Part shown: piece by piece, positions 37,724-51,199 of the stretch
How the letters are laid out: each line of letters begins with the position of its first letter
How positions within the stretch are numbered: the stretch's first letter is position 1
Assembly: GCF_009914755.1 (NCBI RefSeq)
Contig: NC_060927.1
DNA length: 64,000 nt
Origin: the human T2T-CHM13v2.0 reference genome, Homo sapiens
Strand: one strand, 5' to 3'
The notes under the pieces: model-generated
Told to the model about the DNA's origin: nothing
What the model saw: the letters and a program-made list of their open reading frames with translations, nothing else
Databases searched by the model: none
Program-made: the position numbers and the translations under genes

Positions 37724-38297
37724 AGGGAACATGTTAGGTGTTTAGTAAACTCCTGCACGTTGCTGATTCTATTAATGATTTATCACCACAGATCTCAATT
37801 CAAATTGCACTTTGAATCTTCTTTTTAGCATCTTCTGTTAAGTGCTTTGAAACAAAGGCCTCTAACTGGCTAACTTATCCATCAACCACATTTGTGTTTC
37901 CTAACACAAATATCATGGTCGCACTGATACCAACTTGTACATAAATGCCCACGTGCACCTAGCATGCATATCACTGTGATTCTACATAGCAGACACTCAG
38001 AGCATTTTGCCCCCTTCCCAAGAGCATTTTGCCCCTTCCGCTTCTTGTACTCCAAAAGAGAAGAGAATAATGAAAAATAAATCAATTTTATAGTCAACAG
38101 CTTGGGTGATATCTCTGTGATAGCACTTAACAGTCACATACCCTGAGCAAGATATTCAGCCTCTGAGCCACACTCCACAAGACATTGCCACTATGCCACC
38201 AGTGCTAGGGGCTGAGAGTGCAGTCCTTGTGTGAGACTCACTGGACACTTAAAGAATCATCTCCCAAAAAGATATACCGCAGGATGCTTTTCCAGAA

Positions 38298-38513
38298 CAG
38301 AGGTCAGCAAACTACAGCCCATGAGTCAAATCTGGCCTACAGCCTATGTTTGGAAATAAAGTGTTATTGGAACATAGCCACATCCACTTATTTCTCTATT
38401 GTCTGTGGATGTTTTTGCACTACAAAGGGAGGGCTGATTGGTTACAACAAAGACCATATGGCCCACAAAGCCTAAAATGTTTATCACCTGGTTTTTACAG
38501 GACATGTCAGTAG
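38298..38513 (+). mobile_element. MER58A hAT-Charlie MITE
   Basis: cagaggtcagcaaactacagccc..aaataaagtgttattggaaca..tggcccacaaagcctaaaat; degenerate 8-bp TSD ttccagaa / gtctagaa. Confidence 0.9.
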
Positions 38514-38514
38514 G

Positions 38515-38740
38515 TCTAGAAGATGCCAATAATTACACTGTAAAGAAAAAGAGTACCTAGGTTAATAAGTTCAGGAAATAATGAATTAAATAGATTTTTC
38601 TACAGGACTTATCAGAGTCTTTAATACATAGAAGTGAGCTATGAATCTTTAGGAAGGGGATGCAGTAGAATGTTTTCTACACTTATTTGAACACAGAGCC
38701 CTTTGCTCAGCACACATCTTGAGGGACTGGTGCTCCAAAG
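38515..38740 (-). mobile_element. MER103C-like MITE (host of the MER58A)
   Basis: aataagtt..caggacttatcagagtctttaata..acttatttgaacacagagccc. Confidence 0.65.
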
Positions 38741-40922
38741 TCAGGAGGAGTTCCTCATGATACATTAAAGATACTCAGTCCAACTCCACCTGCATCACGG
38801 GGTTGCTAGGGAGATCAAATGCAATGCAACATGAGTGTGCCATGCAAGCCACAAGGCAAACAAGAATCACCCCTTCATCCCAGCCACTCATCAGGTGTTC
38901 CAAAGGCATTTTATCCCCGTTTCCCACCAGCCATTATGAGGACAGACACAAATGGCTTCAAGGCATCAACTGTTTCCAAGAACCTGCTGATTCTGAAGAA
39001 CCATCCCAGCCTTCATAGAAAAGTGCATGACTGTAAGGTTAATGGGAAGGGTTGCTGTGAGATTCGATTTGTTTCCATTAAAGAACATCAATTAATCTTG
39101 ATTCTGGATGGAAGACAGGCACTTCTCCTCTCGAAGTTTCAATTAGCTCCCAGCACTACACAGGAGTGAAATCGGCTCCAGATAGATCATTTCCTTGTGC
39201 AATGCCATTTCACAAGCCACGGGGCTCTGAAGGAAAACAGACGCCCCTGCAGAAGAGAAGGCCTGACCCTCCTCTCCAAACACGCCTGCAACAAACACAT
39301 GCATACACCATGCCCGCAGCCCTTCCACATGATACCTACAGCAACAGTCAGGTTTCGTCACCGAGTGCTACCCAAGCCAAGTTAATAGAACAACTCATTT
39401 AGACATGAGACTTGGCTGTTTCTGACTCAGACCTCTGGAAGCCCCCAGGGAAGGCTGAGCCGGTCAGGACCCCAAACTAGGTAGCAGCCATGACATTCGT
39501 GTTGAAATGTCATGCCATTTACAAGTGGTGTGGAAAAGGGAATAGAGGGAGGAAAGTGTGAAGGGAGATGGACGTGTGGGAACACCACGCACCCCTCCTC
39601 CACCCTGCACACTTAACCCTGTTCAGGCAGGTCAGAGGGTGCCTGCCCATCTTCTCCCCCCATGCAGACTCCAGCATCTTCCAAATGTCGAGTAATCGTG
39701 GAGCACCCTGCCATTCCCAAGAAATACCGCCTTCCCAAAATTGCCACAATTCACAAATACCTTCATATCTGTGGGAGAAAGGCCCCAAGAAAGGGCGAGT
39801 CCTTAAACAGAGAGATAAGGGAAAAGTAAAAGGGAAACTCAAAGGATGACTCAATAAAAGAATACACTGAGGCAACCACAGTGAAAACACGAAACTGCCA
39901 CCAGATGGCTGTACCATGGATGGCCAGACAAGCTCCTATGTCTACACTAGAAATAACTCAGAACAGCAGGGCATCTCCTAAGTGAGAAGCCTGCAGAACC
40001 ACACAGGGAGGGGCTGGCTGTGCAGGGAAGTGGTGTTGGAGGGTGTCCTATAGGTTGTGAAGGTCTAGGATGGACAATTTCAGCCTGAGAACCAAAAAGC
40101 AGAGAGACAGAGTCAAACAGCGTGGAAGTCTAGCAAATTCTATTGCAGAGCAGGGCAATCAAGAGGTCTACAGGCAGGCCTCACTCCCCTCAACTCGTAG
40201 CAGCCAACAGATTAGAGCTAACAGTCCTTGAAGATTCCTGCTTCTGGGTAAAGTGCCTGCAGTTTCTACCACCAAATCCCCAAACTTCATAAAAAGATTC
40301 AGTTCTCTGTCTCTCACCAGCAGATGACAGAGAGGTTCTGAGCCTGGAGTGAGGGGCCTTTGGAGAGAACAGTGCTTCACGTGACACTCAGGGCTTCCAA
40401 GCAGAAACTGCCCAGCTCAGGACCCACCTGAAAGCAGCTCTGTCTCAGCCACTTCCAGGAAATCCATCTGGTCTCTCTGCACCCAACACCACCTTCTCAG
40501 GGCAAGGATGGTCAGCAGCTTCCAGGAGAGAGGAGACTACTGTCTGCAAATGTCTAGCAGGCTTTGCTGAGGAAGAGGAAGCCACTGTCCTGAACAGCTC
40601 CAGAACAGGCCCACAGTGTGGAAGTTACCAGGTTGAAGACTTGGGTCATTATAAGGAAAACCACTGGGGGCCTTGGAGCCATACAATAGAACAGCTGGGG
40701 GTGTTTACTGAGATGAAAGAATTGGAGGCTGACTGTGTGTGAGCCACAGGTACTTTTTAAAAGCAGCTATAAAAGCATTTCTGCTCCCACTCCCTCTACC
40801 CCAACCCCATCCCCTGGCAAACTCCCAGCTGCCCGCCCTTCTGCTAGGGGATGACCAAGCAGAGTCCACAATGGCACCTTAAGGTCACAACAGCGCAGGG
40901 CCTTTAAAACAAGCCATGACAC

Positions 40923-41250
40923 CAGGGATGGCAAACTCCAACACCTATTGGGGCCAGGCAGGCCGGGTAAACAGGTGACGCAGGCCAGGTAGGGAGTTTA
41001 GGACCATGACCAAGGGAGAGCTCAAGTCCTGCCACAGAAGGGCAATCGGTGCTCATCCCCAGAACAAAAGCCCAGCGCTGCCAGACCTTCTGACTTTTAT
41101 AAAAGCTGCTGGGAAGTCCATATTTTATACAAAATCTCCTCATTTTTACAAGTTGGCATCTAACTCACATTTTTAAAAGACACAGTACAGGCCAAATAAA
41201 ACACACCTGAGGCTGGATCGGGCCCATGTGCTGTCAGTCTGCAAGCTCTG
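40923..41250. mobile_element. MER102-like hAT-Charlie element
   Basis: cagggatggcaaac..gctgccagaccttctgacttt..aaaatctcc..caggccaaataaaacac..gcaagctctg. Confidence 0.8.
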
Positions 41251-41524
41251 CATAAAAGTTCAGCTTTAAAAAAAAATTACCAGTAATGTGCAGAGCAGAT
41301 CCTGCCCCGCAACCCCAACCCCCGACCCCTATCTCTGAGAAATAAGGCAGGGGGTCAGGGGTGGGGTAGAGGCAGTGATATCTTTTGCCCACATTACTTG
41401 GTAAGAACTGGAAGTTTACATTTCCATTTTGAGCCTCTTCAGGGAGTCCTGCTTTCCTCTATCAGAAAGAGTTTTACTTTTGTTATGGAAATTATTTTCC
41501 TCTACTGGGCTGCAGAAAGCAGAA

Positions 41525-41925
41525 AATCTCAGATTGGCAGAGACCTTCTAAGTCACCTAGAACAAATCTCCCTCTGATGCCTAAATCCCCACTCTTGACA
41601 ATCTCTTCCAGGGATTCATCACCCAGCCTCGAGCACCTCCTACGCCTGGGAGATCAAGGCTTAGGAGACTGCCTGCCTGTTCCTTCAAGACAGCTCTAAT
41701 TGTTAGAAAGGTCTTCCAGACACTAGACTTCTATAAACGCAGCCCAGAATCAGATTAGGTTTTTTGGCAACTGCCTCACAGTGACTCACAGCAAAACTCA
41801 CTGTCAACGAGAACCTTAAGTCTTTTTCACAAGTGCTGCTGCTAAGCACACCTCTCCCCAGTCTACAGACTGGTTTTCAGACATAAGGGCAAGACTTTAC
41901 ACTTTTTCCTCATTAAATTTCAGCC
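41525..41925 (-). mobile_element. L3/CR1 LINE fragment
   Basis: gacagctctaattgttagaaag..gcagcccagaat..tcttttcaca..gactttaca..ttaaatttc, reverse L3 motifs. Confidence 0.65.
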
Positions 41926-42289
41926 CACCTACATGGGGTGATGAGATGGCCATCCATTCACAGCTACAAATCTGTTAATTTCTCAGATTGTTTTCAGAGG
42001 ACCATGACCCCATCTCTGCCCCTCAAATTGTTGAAGCTGATGGCTCTTCATTTCATCGATAACACAGATGGCACCATGAGCACCTGCCAGGAAATGCAAC
42101 CTGCTATTCACCTTCTCCAAACCCCGTCTGCAGGAAATGATATTTATGGAGGATTGGCTCAAGGTGGATCCATTCCTCCAGGTCAAAAAAACCCACCTGC
42201 CCACAGGAGCCAAGCAGGCAACAGAAATGAGCAAAGTGGGCCAGGTGGGCACTGGCACAAGTCCGAGCCCCTGTCCCATTGGAAGGGAA

Positions 42290-42512
42290 CAGCCAATTTT
42301 TGCCTCTGAGAATGAGGGCCCAGTGTTCCTAGATCTTCCCATTTTCTAAGAGCTGCCAGAAGTCTGGATTTTTACATGAACTCCCCTGATTTTTTTTAAC
42401 TCTCTTCATTTTTAAGTGTTGGAAATGATGAATTCATTTTTGTAAATCCTGCAAAGGCCAAACAAAACACGCTAGTGGGTCTAACTTTGCCTGCAAGCCA
42501 TCCGTTCTGCCA
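42290..42512. mobile_element. MER102-like fragment
   Basis: gggcccagtgtt..agatctt..gccagaagtctggatttttacatgaa..ggccaaacaaaacac. Confidence 0.65.
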
Positions 42513-42569
42513 TGAATGTTGTAAATTTCACTCTTGGATTGAATCGACCCCTCAAAATCTGGGTAAGAG

Positions 42570-42805
42570 TAATAACAGAGCGCACTTATTGAGTGTGGCC
42601 CACATTCCAGACATTGGGTAAGCATGGGTTATGTCATTTAATCCTTGCAAGAGTCCAATGGGTGCCCATTTGAAAGAGGAAGAAACTGAGGCATAGAGAG
42701 GGGAGATGCCTTGCCCAAGGTCAAGCAATTAGTAAGTGACAATGTTGGGATTCAGTCCTAGATCTGTCTGGCTTCCCAGTCCAATGCAGAGTCCTTGGAC
42801 CACAC
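42570..42805 (-). mobile_element. MIR SINE
   Basis: cacttattgag..tcatttaatcct..gaagaaactgaggcatagagag..ttgcccaaggtca..tagtaagtg. Confidence 0.9.
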
Positions 42806-43284
42806 TGTTTGGGCAGAATTACTTCTTGTGAATTGTGCTTTGGTGTTAAAATTATCAAATTACATTGCGATGTTTTTAACTACTAAAAATGCATTACGGT
42901 GGCTACGATAGGAATGACTAAGGACACCATCTAATGCATCACTGGGTCTTCAGTGGCCTCTAGCACCTGAATGCCCCTCCCTCATTCCCCTCAGGGGTTG
43001 GGGGGCAGTCAGAGACAAATACAGCAGCACTTCTTGTTGGGGGAGAGTATCCTGCCCTTGAGTAAAACTTCAAACTCATCCTTAAGGAGATGACAAAGGT
43101 TTTACTGGAAGTAATGACAGGGAGTCTCCATGGTGAAGTTTGAAAGGATGATGGTAAGTCGGAGGCAGTTTTCCATCACAGACATAGAATGGTTTGTTAT
43201 GCTGTCATGCAATTCTCATTGTACAACCCAATCTGATGATCATAGTTTGAGACAGAAAATAAAGCATAACTTCTTGGCCTAATC

Positions 43285-43560
43285 CAAAGGTGGCAAACTC
43301 AAACACATGTAGAAACCAGGCAGGTTAGGCCAATGACAAGCAGCAGCAGGTGTAAGAGAAGGGTGTCGTGGGGACCCAAGAGCTTCTGGGATAGGGAGGT
43401 GTAGGGGCTCAAGAGCACATACCTTGTCTAAAAAAGGCAGCCGCCAGTCAGCTCTGGCTGATTGGTTACTGCATGAGAACAGGCACCCAGTGCCGCCAGA
43501 TCATGCAATTTGCTTTTAAAAAGTCAGAAATGCAGATATTTAAATGAAGTTGCCCAATTT
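43285..43560. mobile_element. MER102-like fragment
   Basis: ggtggcaaactcaaa..ccaggcagg..ggcagccgcc..cccagtgccgccagatc..cagaaatgcagat. Confidence 0.7.
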
Positions 43561-43976
43561 TGTTGTGCATCTCAAGTAAATGCACCACTGGCCAATGCTA
43601 GCAAATGCACAGCCAGACCACTTCCTGCCTAGTGCTCAGGGTTGGTCCAGAAAAAAAAGTAAGTTGAATTTTTCTCCTGTTGAGTCCTGAACTGCTTCAA
43701 ACATCCAGAGAAGAGGAGGGAAGCCAGAGAGGCCTTCCTAAATCCTTGGGGGTTACACTAGCCAGCTCCTGGATGCACGGCAGGCACCCTATGGAGGGGT
43801 GCTGGGGATGCAGCCTGGACTTCATTGATTTCTTCTGCAGTAGGAGACAGCTAACAGCCACATCCTAAGTTGATCATAGGTTTGGCTGCTAAGTTCTTGG
43901 GGGCAACAGAAGAAAGATCAACAAGGTAGAAGAAGGAGGGTGATGTTGACACCTAGCAAGCTAAAAGTCAACTCTA

Positions 43977-44284
<308 letters not shown>

Positions 44285-45099
44285 AAAAGTCAACTCTACT
44301 TACTCCTCCCCAAATCAGGGTTATTATTAAGGGCATAGTAGTCCACCCACTGGAAGGAAAGGTGATATTATGGACTAGCTAGGTTCTACGATACAGTCAT
44401 GAACCAAAATTCCCAGACATTGCACTTCTAAGAAGCTCAAAGGTTCAGTCTGGGTGGGTCCAGACTTTTGACATTCTTCTTTCTGTGGCTAGGTAGGCCT
44501 GGTCACATCTGGGAGAGAAGCAGGAGCAGTCGTCTAGCTGGTCCCTATAGGAAAGGGGTCAGATACTCCAGCTGTCCCCCAAGGCTGACCCACTCCAGAT
44601 CAGCTTCCTCTACCCTGGAGCAATAGAGCTGAGATTCAGGTGTGGGCCCGGACAGAGGCCGGCATGGCAACCTCCCTAGGCCAAAGGCGTTCTCCACGTG
44701 GAGAACAGCTCACCAGAATTCTGTGTTCAGCCACAGCTTTGAGATAAGATTTCATTTCCTAGCCAGCGGCCTGTGTCACACATATCTCGCTAGAATCTCT
44801 TGGGGAGGGGCCAAAAGCCACTGGACAAGGGACAGGATGGGGTCAGGGCCTGAGGTCTGGCATCCTAACCAAATGCCAGTTGGTCCCTACCCCATTCATA
44901 TTTCTATCTATTTATAGGATAAATTCTTCTCAGGGCTCAAGATCCAAAACAATGTAGCTTCTTTCAATGAGTGGGTGGTTTTTCTCTTAAAGATACTATT
45001 AAACTTTGCATTTTTAGAGTCAATTCCTCATCCCCTCCTGCTAAGCGCTCTGCTTCCTGGTTCTCTCTGCCACAGGATTCGCTGTTTCTCTGAATGGTA

Positions 45100-45290
45100 A
45101 CCTCGGTTTATTGAGTATCTGCTATGTGTCTATTCTGGCCTGAATGCTTTATTTACAGCAACTCCCAAGGTAAGTATTACTGTCCTTATTTTACAGAGGA
45201 AGAAGCTGAGCCTCAGAGAAGTTAAGCAACTCATTCACTGACAGCACTAGAATTTAAACCCAGACTCCAGAGCCTGCAGCGCGGCTCTTA
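45100..45290 (-). mobile_element. MIR SINE
   Basis: tttattgagtatctgctatgtg..attttacagaggaagaagctgagcctcagagaagttaag. Confidence 0.85.
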
Positions 45291-45304
45291 CAGTTGTGAT
45301 TTAT

Positions 45305-45540
45305 TAATAACAATCGGTGACGCTGACTGAGTGCCAGGCACTGTGCTAAGGGTTTTACACACATTATCTCATTTAACTGGCTCAATAACTGTTTGAGGTT
45401 GGATTATTATTATTACAGATGATGACAGTGAGGCTCAAAGAGATGAAAACACTTGCCCAAAGTCACACGGCTAGAAAGTGGCTAAAAGGTTGCAAACCCT
45501 GGTCAGTTCAATACCAACAACTGTGTTCCCAATTACTAAG
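45305..45540 (-). mobile_element. MIR SINE (tandem to the previous one)
   Basis: gtgccaggcactgtgctaag..atctcatttaa..cttgcccaaagtcacacggctagaaagtggc. Confidence 0.9.
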
Positions 45541-45786
45541 CCTGCCTTCCTTGGTTTCCTGACATTCTCAAACTGGATGGGCATGCTCACATCCTCATCC
45601 AGGTAATTAAAACACTGAACAGGAGACAGCCTTTTGGCATGCCACTGGAGACTTCACCTAGGATGACAATCGTACCCCCATGCCAGAATCACATCTTCAA
45701 ACAGTTATGAACTCATCTAATGGTGCCACCTGATTGGTCTGTGCTTGGGAACTGGTGTGGGAGAGGGAAAAAGAAAGCATGGATTT

Positions 45787-46054
45787 GGGCAGGCACAGTG
45801 GCTCATGCCTGGAATCGCAGCACTTTGGAAGGATAAGGCAGGAGGATCGCTTGTGCCTAGGAGTTTAAGATAGCCTGGGCAAAATAGCAAGACGCTGTCT
45901 CTACAAAATTTTTTTTTAAAATTAGCCAGGCATGGTGGCATGCACCTATAGTCCCAGCTACGCAGGAGTCTGAGGCAGGATTGCTTAAGCAGTTCAAGGC
46001 TGCGGTGAGTTATGATGGCGCCACTGCATTCCAGCCTGAGTAAGACCCTATCTC

Positions 46055-46091
<37 letters not shown>
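45787..46091 (+). mobile_element. AluJ SINE
   Basis: Dimer with A tail and (AAAAG)n extension. Confidence 0.93.
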
Positions 46092-46093
<2 letters not shown>

Positions 46094-46959
46094 GCAGACT
46101 CGTAGCAGGACATGAAAAGGGGCCAAAGCTGAGATCGGTCCCCTGTCTTCTAACTGCAGGTCTACCCCAGGGCTCTGTTACTAGATTTGGCTTCAATCCT
46201 CCCCCTGCCCATTCAGATGATAATTATCAGGGTCTTGGAGGTACCACAGCCCCCAAATTGAATCTCAGATAATCCTTCCAGCTTTGTCGAGCCACTGGAA
46301 GTTTTCCCACTTCCAGGGGAAATAGGGACTTTGTGGTTTATCGGCCAAGGTCTGGGGTGGAAGCCAAAAAGGGCTTTTGTCCAAGGAGCTCAGAGAAGGC
46401 TTCTTCCACAGCTCTGACAAACAATAGTGTAACTGGTGATCTGGGGGGGCATTCCCGTTTCTTGGGAGACTTTTCTCCTAGAGTATCAGGATTTGCCTTC
46501 TCACAATCCCTTGTCATTCATCTTGCCTCCCTTGGAAACGGCCGTCACCCATTTGGCAGTAATGAGGATGGAAGGATGCGGTTCTGTCTCTTTAGAAAAC
46601 TGGGCAATTAAATTTTCTTTAATGAAGTTATTTATTTTCTCCTAGCAATATAATTTCTGTTGTGGATTTGGATAAATGTTTTTTAATTCCTTTAAATAGA
46701 AATGGAAGATAATGTTTTCTGGAAGACTATCTTAATATTTTTATAGGCCTACACCGAACTGTGTGTGTATTTTTCTCTCCTTGATAGCTATTCCAGAAGT
46801 TGCTTTGAATGCCTCCTGTGTGGCAGGCCCTAAGCACAAGAATTCGGGAATGAATAAAACAAGGCTTCTGCACTCAATGAGCTCACAGAGGGACAGACAC
46901 ATAAACAACCCCACTGTAATAGCAGCATGTCCAGGGTAGGAGTGGGACAAAAAATAGAA

Positions 46960-47180
46960 ATAATGAACATTTCCGCAGCACTCGAGAGTTTACTTTCTCA
47001 CACACCACCTCATTTGATCCTCACAGCAACCACCCTTTAAGGTTGATAATGCCCTCATTTCACAGATGAGGAAGCCAAGATGCAGAATGAAGAATGCAGA
47101 CGTGACTCGCTCAAAAGACAGACCAGAGATGGAAAATCGGGTCTTATGAGTCTAAACCCCAGACTCTGGCCACTGCATCA
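46960..47180 (-). mobile_element. MIR SINE
   Basis: ctcatttgatcctcacagcaac..catttcacagatgaggaagccaag. Confidence 0.8.
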
Positions 47181-47504
47181 CGATGGCTCCTGACTGAAAC
47201 TCGGTAAATTAAAAGGTTAAGCTGAACTTTTCCACTCTTCTACCCATATTTCAAAGTTTTGAAAGAGTATGGAAAAACTTCCTCACTGCGTGGGGGAATA
47301 ATTCGGTAAAATATTACGTTTCATTTCAGCAATCATCCTTACACTACATAATGAGCACCACAGTAAGTTCAGCATAATTTAAATAGCTCTTGCAGGTGTC
47401 ACTTTCTTTCTTTTACAGTTCAGCTGATGTCTGAGCATCCTCTCTAGCAGGAATTTTGCCAACAAAGTCCTTACTTACTGTCAACTTCGTGGAATTTTAA
47501 ATCA

Positions 47505-47790
47505 GAAAAGGAATACATGCTCATTTTTTTCAGAAGCCAATCAAAATTGAACAGTATAAAGATGAAAAGGTCTTCTTTCCCCTGTCCCCTGACACTACCA
47601 CCCTATTCCACCCCTCGTCCCCAAGGGTAAACCTCATTACCAATCGTCAAAAACCAAAGACTCTTTTTATACATATCTAAATATATAAGGACATAGGGTT
47701 TTTATTTTTAAAACTGTAATACATACACACACAGACACACATACACACACACACTTTGGGTGTTATTTTTCCCACCTCACTCAGCAATAG
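47505..47790 (-). mobile_element. L1ME fragment with CA tract
   Basis: aatacatgctcatt..aacagtataaa..ccaagggtaaacc..ttttcccac. Confidence 0.55.
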
Positions 47791-47863
47791 TCTACCTAAT
47801 TATTAAATGTTCTTTTGCTTTCAAAAAAAAGATACACAGCCAAACTGGTGAGTTTACTATAGA

Positions 47864-48066
47864 CCAGGGCCAATTATGTTAAGTTCATGAAATCTGAGGC
47901 ACTTGTAAAATGCAGATTCCCAGGGTCCACCCACTGCCCCCCAACAGAGATTCTGATTCAGTAGGTCTGGGGTGGTTCCTAGAATTCAAGTTCCTTGAAT
48001 TTGTTACAAGTTCCTCCAAGGTGATTCTGCTGCAGGTGGTCCAGGAACCACACTGGGAGAAACACA
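47864..48066. mobile_element. MER5A hAT-Charlie MITE
   Basis: aaaatgcagattccc..agagattctgattcagtaggtctgggg..ggtgattctgctgcaggtggtcc..accacactgggagaaacac. Confidence 0.88.
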
Positions 48067-48299
48067 CACATAACAGGCAAAGAAAGTGTCATGCCTGTCT
48101 ACAACTTACTAGTATTTTCTTTTCCCAGCTACCCATGCTGCCAACTCCACGTCTCCTGATGTCTTTTAGTACTGCCCCACCTTACTCTCCTTCCCAACCA
48201 GGTGCACTTACTAATGGCTTCAGCTGTTGGTTCAGAATCACTGTCCAGGACTCTGAATGCTGGTGCCCCACTTACTGGCTTAGCCGACATTTCTAGTGT

Positions 48300-48530
48300 T
48301 TAATTAATGCTACTGTGTGCCAAGCACTGTGCTGGAAATTCTGACTTATGTTATTTCAATTAATTACCCACACACACAGTGAGGTGTTATTATGTCCCTC
48401 TTTCACATAAGGAAACTGGAACTCAGAAAAGTTAATGACTTTCATCCAAGGTCATTCAGCTGATTCACCATGAGCCGTGATTGAACCCCGGTCTGGGTGA
48501 CTCCACCCAGGGCATCACAGCTGCCTCCTT
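48300..48530 (-). mobile_element. MIR SINE
   Basis: ctactgtgtgccaagcactgtgct..aggaaactgg..ccaaggtca..ttgaaccccggtct. Confidence 0.8.
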
Positions 48531-48959
48531 CCACGTTACATTCCACTTTCTTGTCTCATCTACCTCTGTGACTTTAGCTTAATTCTATCAAGAGAAGGTG
48601 GGTTTCAATCTTCTTCAGCTGATTCCTGGCTTTAATTTCACCTTAAAAGCACTCATCCCACGATGGTATTTACCATCCTGAATAGAGCTATTATAAAATC
48701 CCCTTTCTGGAACCACTTTTATCTTTTACACCTGGAGTTGTGTGTTTCTCTTAGAAGCACTGATCTTTCTGACCCCTTAAATATTTTGATGACTTCTGAC
48801 CCTTCTCTAAATGGAAAGATGGTTCTGTCTAGATCCTAAAGAGCTCAGGAAACAATGATGGTGAGGTAAGCTTAGTCAATACAACTCAGCTTTACAAATC
48901 AGTATCAGTAAATCACCCACAGCATTTTCAGCCCTTTAGATCCATTTGCTATAGATTCC

Positions 48960-49092
48960 CCCATGCACACTGCACCACTCCTTCCATAACACTCAACACT
49001 TTTGTAATTACAAATTATCCTTTGTCTTCCCCACAGAATTATAAAGTCTGTGCGGGCAGGGAACATAGTAGGAGCTCAATAAATATTTGTTA
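48960..49092 (+). mobile_element. L2 3' end
   Basis: gtcttcccca..gggcaggga..catagtaggagctcaataaatatttgtt. Confidence 0.7.
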
Positions 49093-50614
49093 AGCTAAAT
49101 CTATGTGAACTGGCCCACCACATTCTCAGCATTTCTTTCACACAATTCCCAGTAACATAATTCTATGTTTCTGGCAGACAGCAGTAGAGCCTCTGCCATT
49201 TTTGGAGCAGAGTTTCAATGGTGATATTATGCCAAGTACGAGATCCAGCAAGACAGAGATGCTCAGGGTGGGGCCTGAACCTGGAGGATCAGGCCAAGGA
49301 TGGAGCCCTAGATTAGCTGAGGGTCACGGGACAAATAAATTCAAACAACCACAACCAGGCAAATGATCAAGGGTCCAGAAGATCGGAGCAAGAGGTCAAG
49401 GAGTAATCAACTATAAGACGTCAGAAGCCAGAGAGTGACTGTTGTTCTGCCTCAGTTTCCCCAAGGTAATAGATCTTTGGGAGACCCAAAACATCCTGTC
49501 TGGAGAGGCCACTGATCAAAGTAAAGACATTGTGACTGCCAACTCTGCTTGGAAGTGTCCTACCGAGACACTGAGTTGGAGAACAGCCATGTCGCTTGGC
49601 CAGTTCACATTCTTTAGTACAAATTAAATCACAGACATGACATCCATTCTTTTGTGTCCCTGAAGGTGGCTGAGATGTTTCATTGGTAAGAGTCTTCTCA
49701 TGTCATTTCTCTGACCCTCTTAAGGCACTATAAGCTATAGAAGGTCCCCTAAGGAACTGTCTCATCCTGCCAAGCTTGAATCTCTCAGCGAGAACTCTAC
49801 CCGCCTACAGAAATCCAGGTCTTTCTATTTGACAAATGGTTGGAAAACTTACTGATCTACATTAACTGTATTTTGAAAATGCTCTCACCAGCAATCGGAA
49901 GCAAGGGGATGGCAGGCTACATCTGCCAGGAGCAGACAAGCAATCCGGAATCCAAAAAGTATCACAATGGCCAGGAAATCCAGCAGAGAGCAACAACGAG
50001 GAAAGGAAAGGTAGACCAGGGAACAGGTACCAGCAGGGAGGGTCTCCAGCTGCTGAAGATGAATCCTTTGCCCTAGACAAGCCTCTCCCTTTAGCACTTG
50101 CTGCCAAAGACAGAAACTGCTGCCTAGGACCAACAGGGAAATAAGACTGTCAGGGATGGGAAGGGGGAAATTCTAGCTGAAAGTGGCTGGGACAAATGTG
50201 GCAGTGAGGGAAGTTCTTGATGAGTTAGCTCAGTTCCCCCCAGTTTTACCCAAATCACAAAGACCTGAGACAGAAGTGACCAACACAAGCCAGGCGCCAC
50301 AAGAGAGTGGTGTCCCCTCCCTAAAGGACCATTAAAACGGACGTAGGAGGTCACGCATATTGATGTTCTTACTTGACAAACTGTTTATTTTTAGGCCATA
50401 CTCTATTTCAAGTCCTCAGCCTATAGGCCTATGATTATTTTCCTATCAGCTTTATTTTTATAACTCTGCCTTAAAGATCTATGATCCCATTTTTATTATA
50501 CACAGATATAAAACAAATGTGATTGATAGAGACGTGAAGTCTGGAAGGAAATACATTGAATGTTTATAGTGGTTATTTCAGGTAGGGGCTTCTAGATTCT
50601 TATATTTTCCTTAA

Positions 50615-51165
<551 letters not shown>

Positions 51166-51199
51166 TACGACTCTCATCCATACCATCTTCAAGGTCAAA

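Noticed and set aside
49200-50100. Possible ancient Gypsy-like LTR fragments
   Set aside because: Only a vague compositional resemblance; no termini or TSD found
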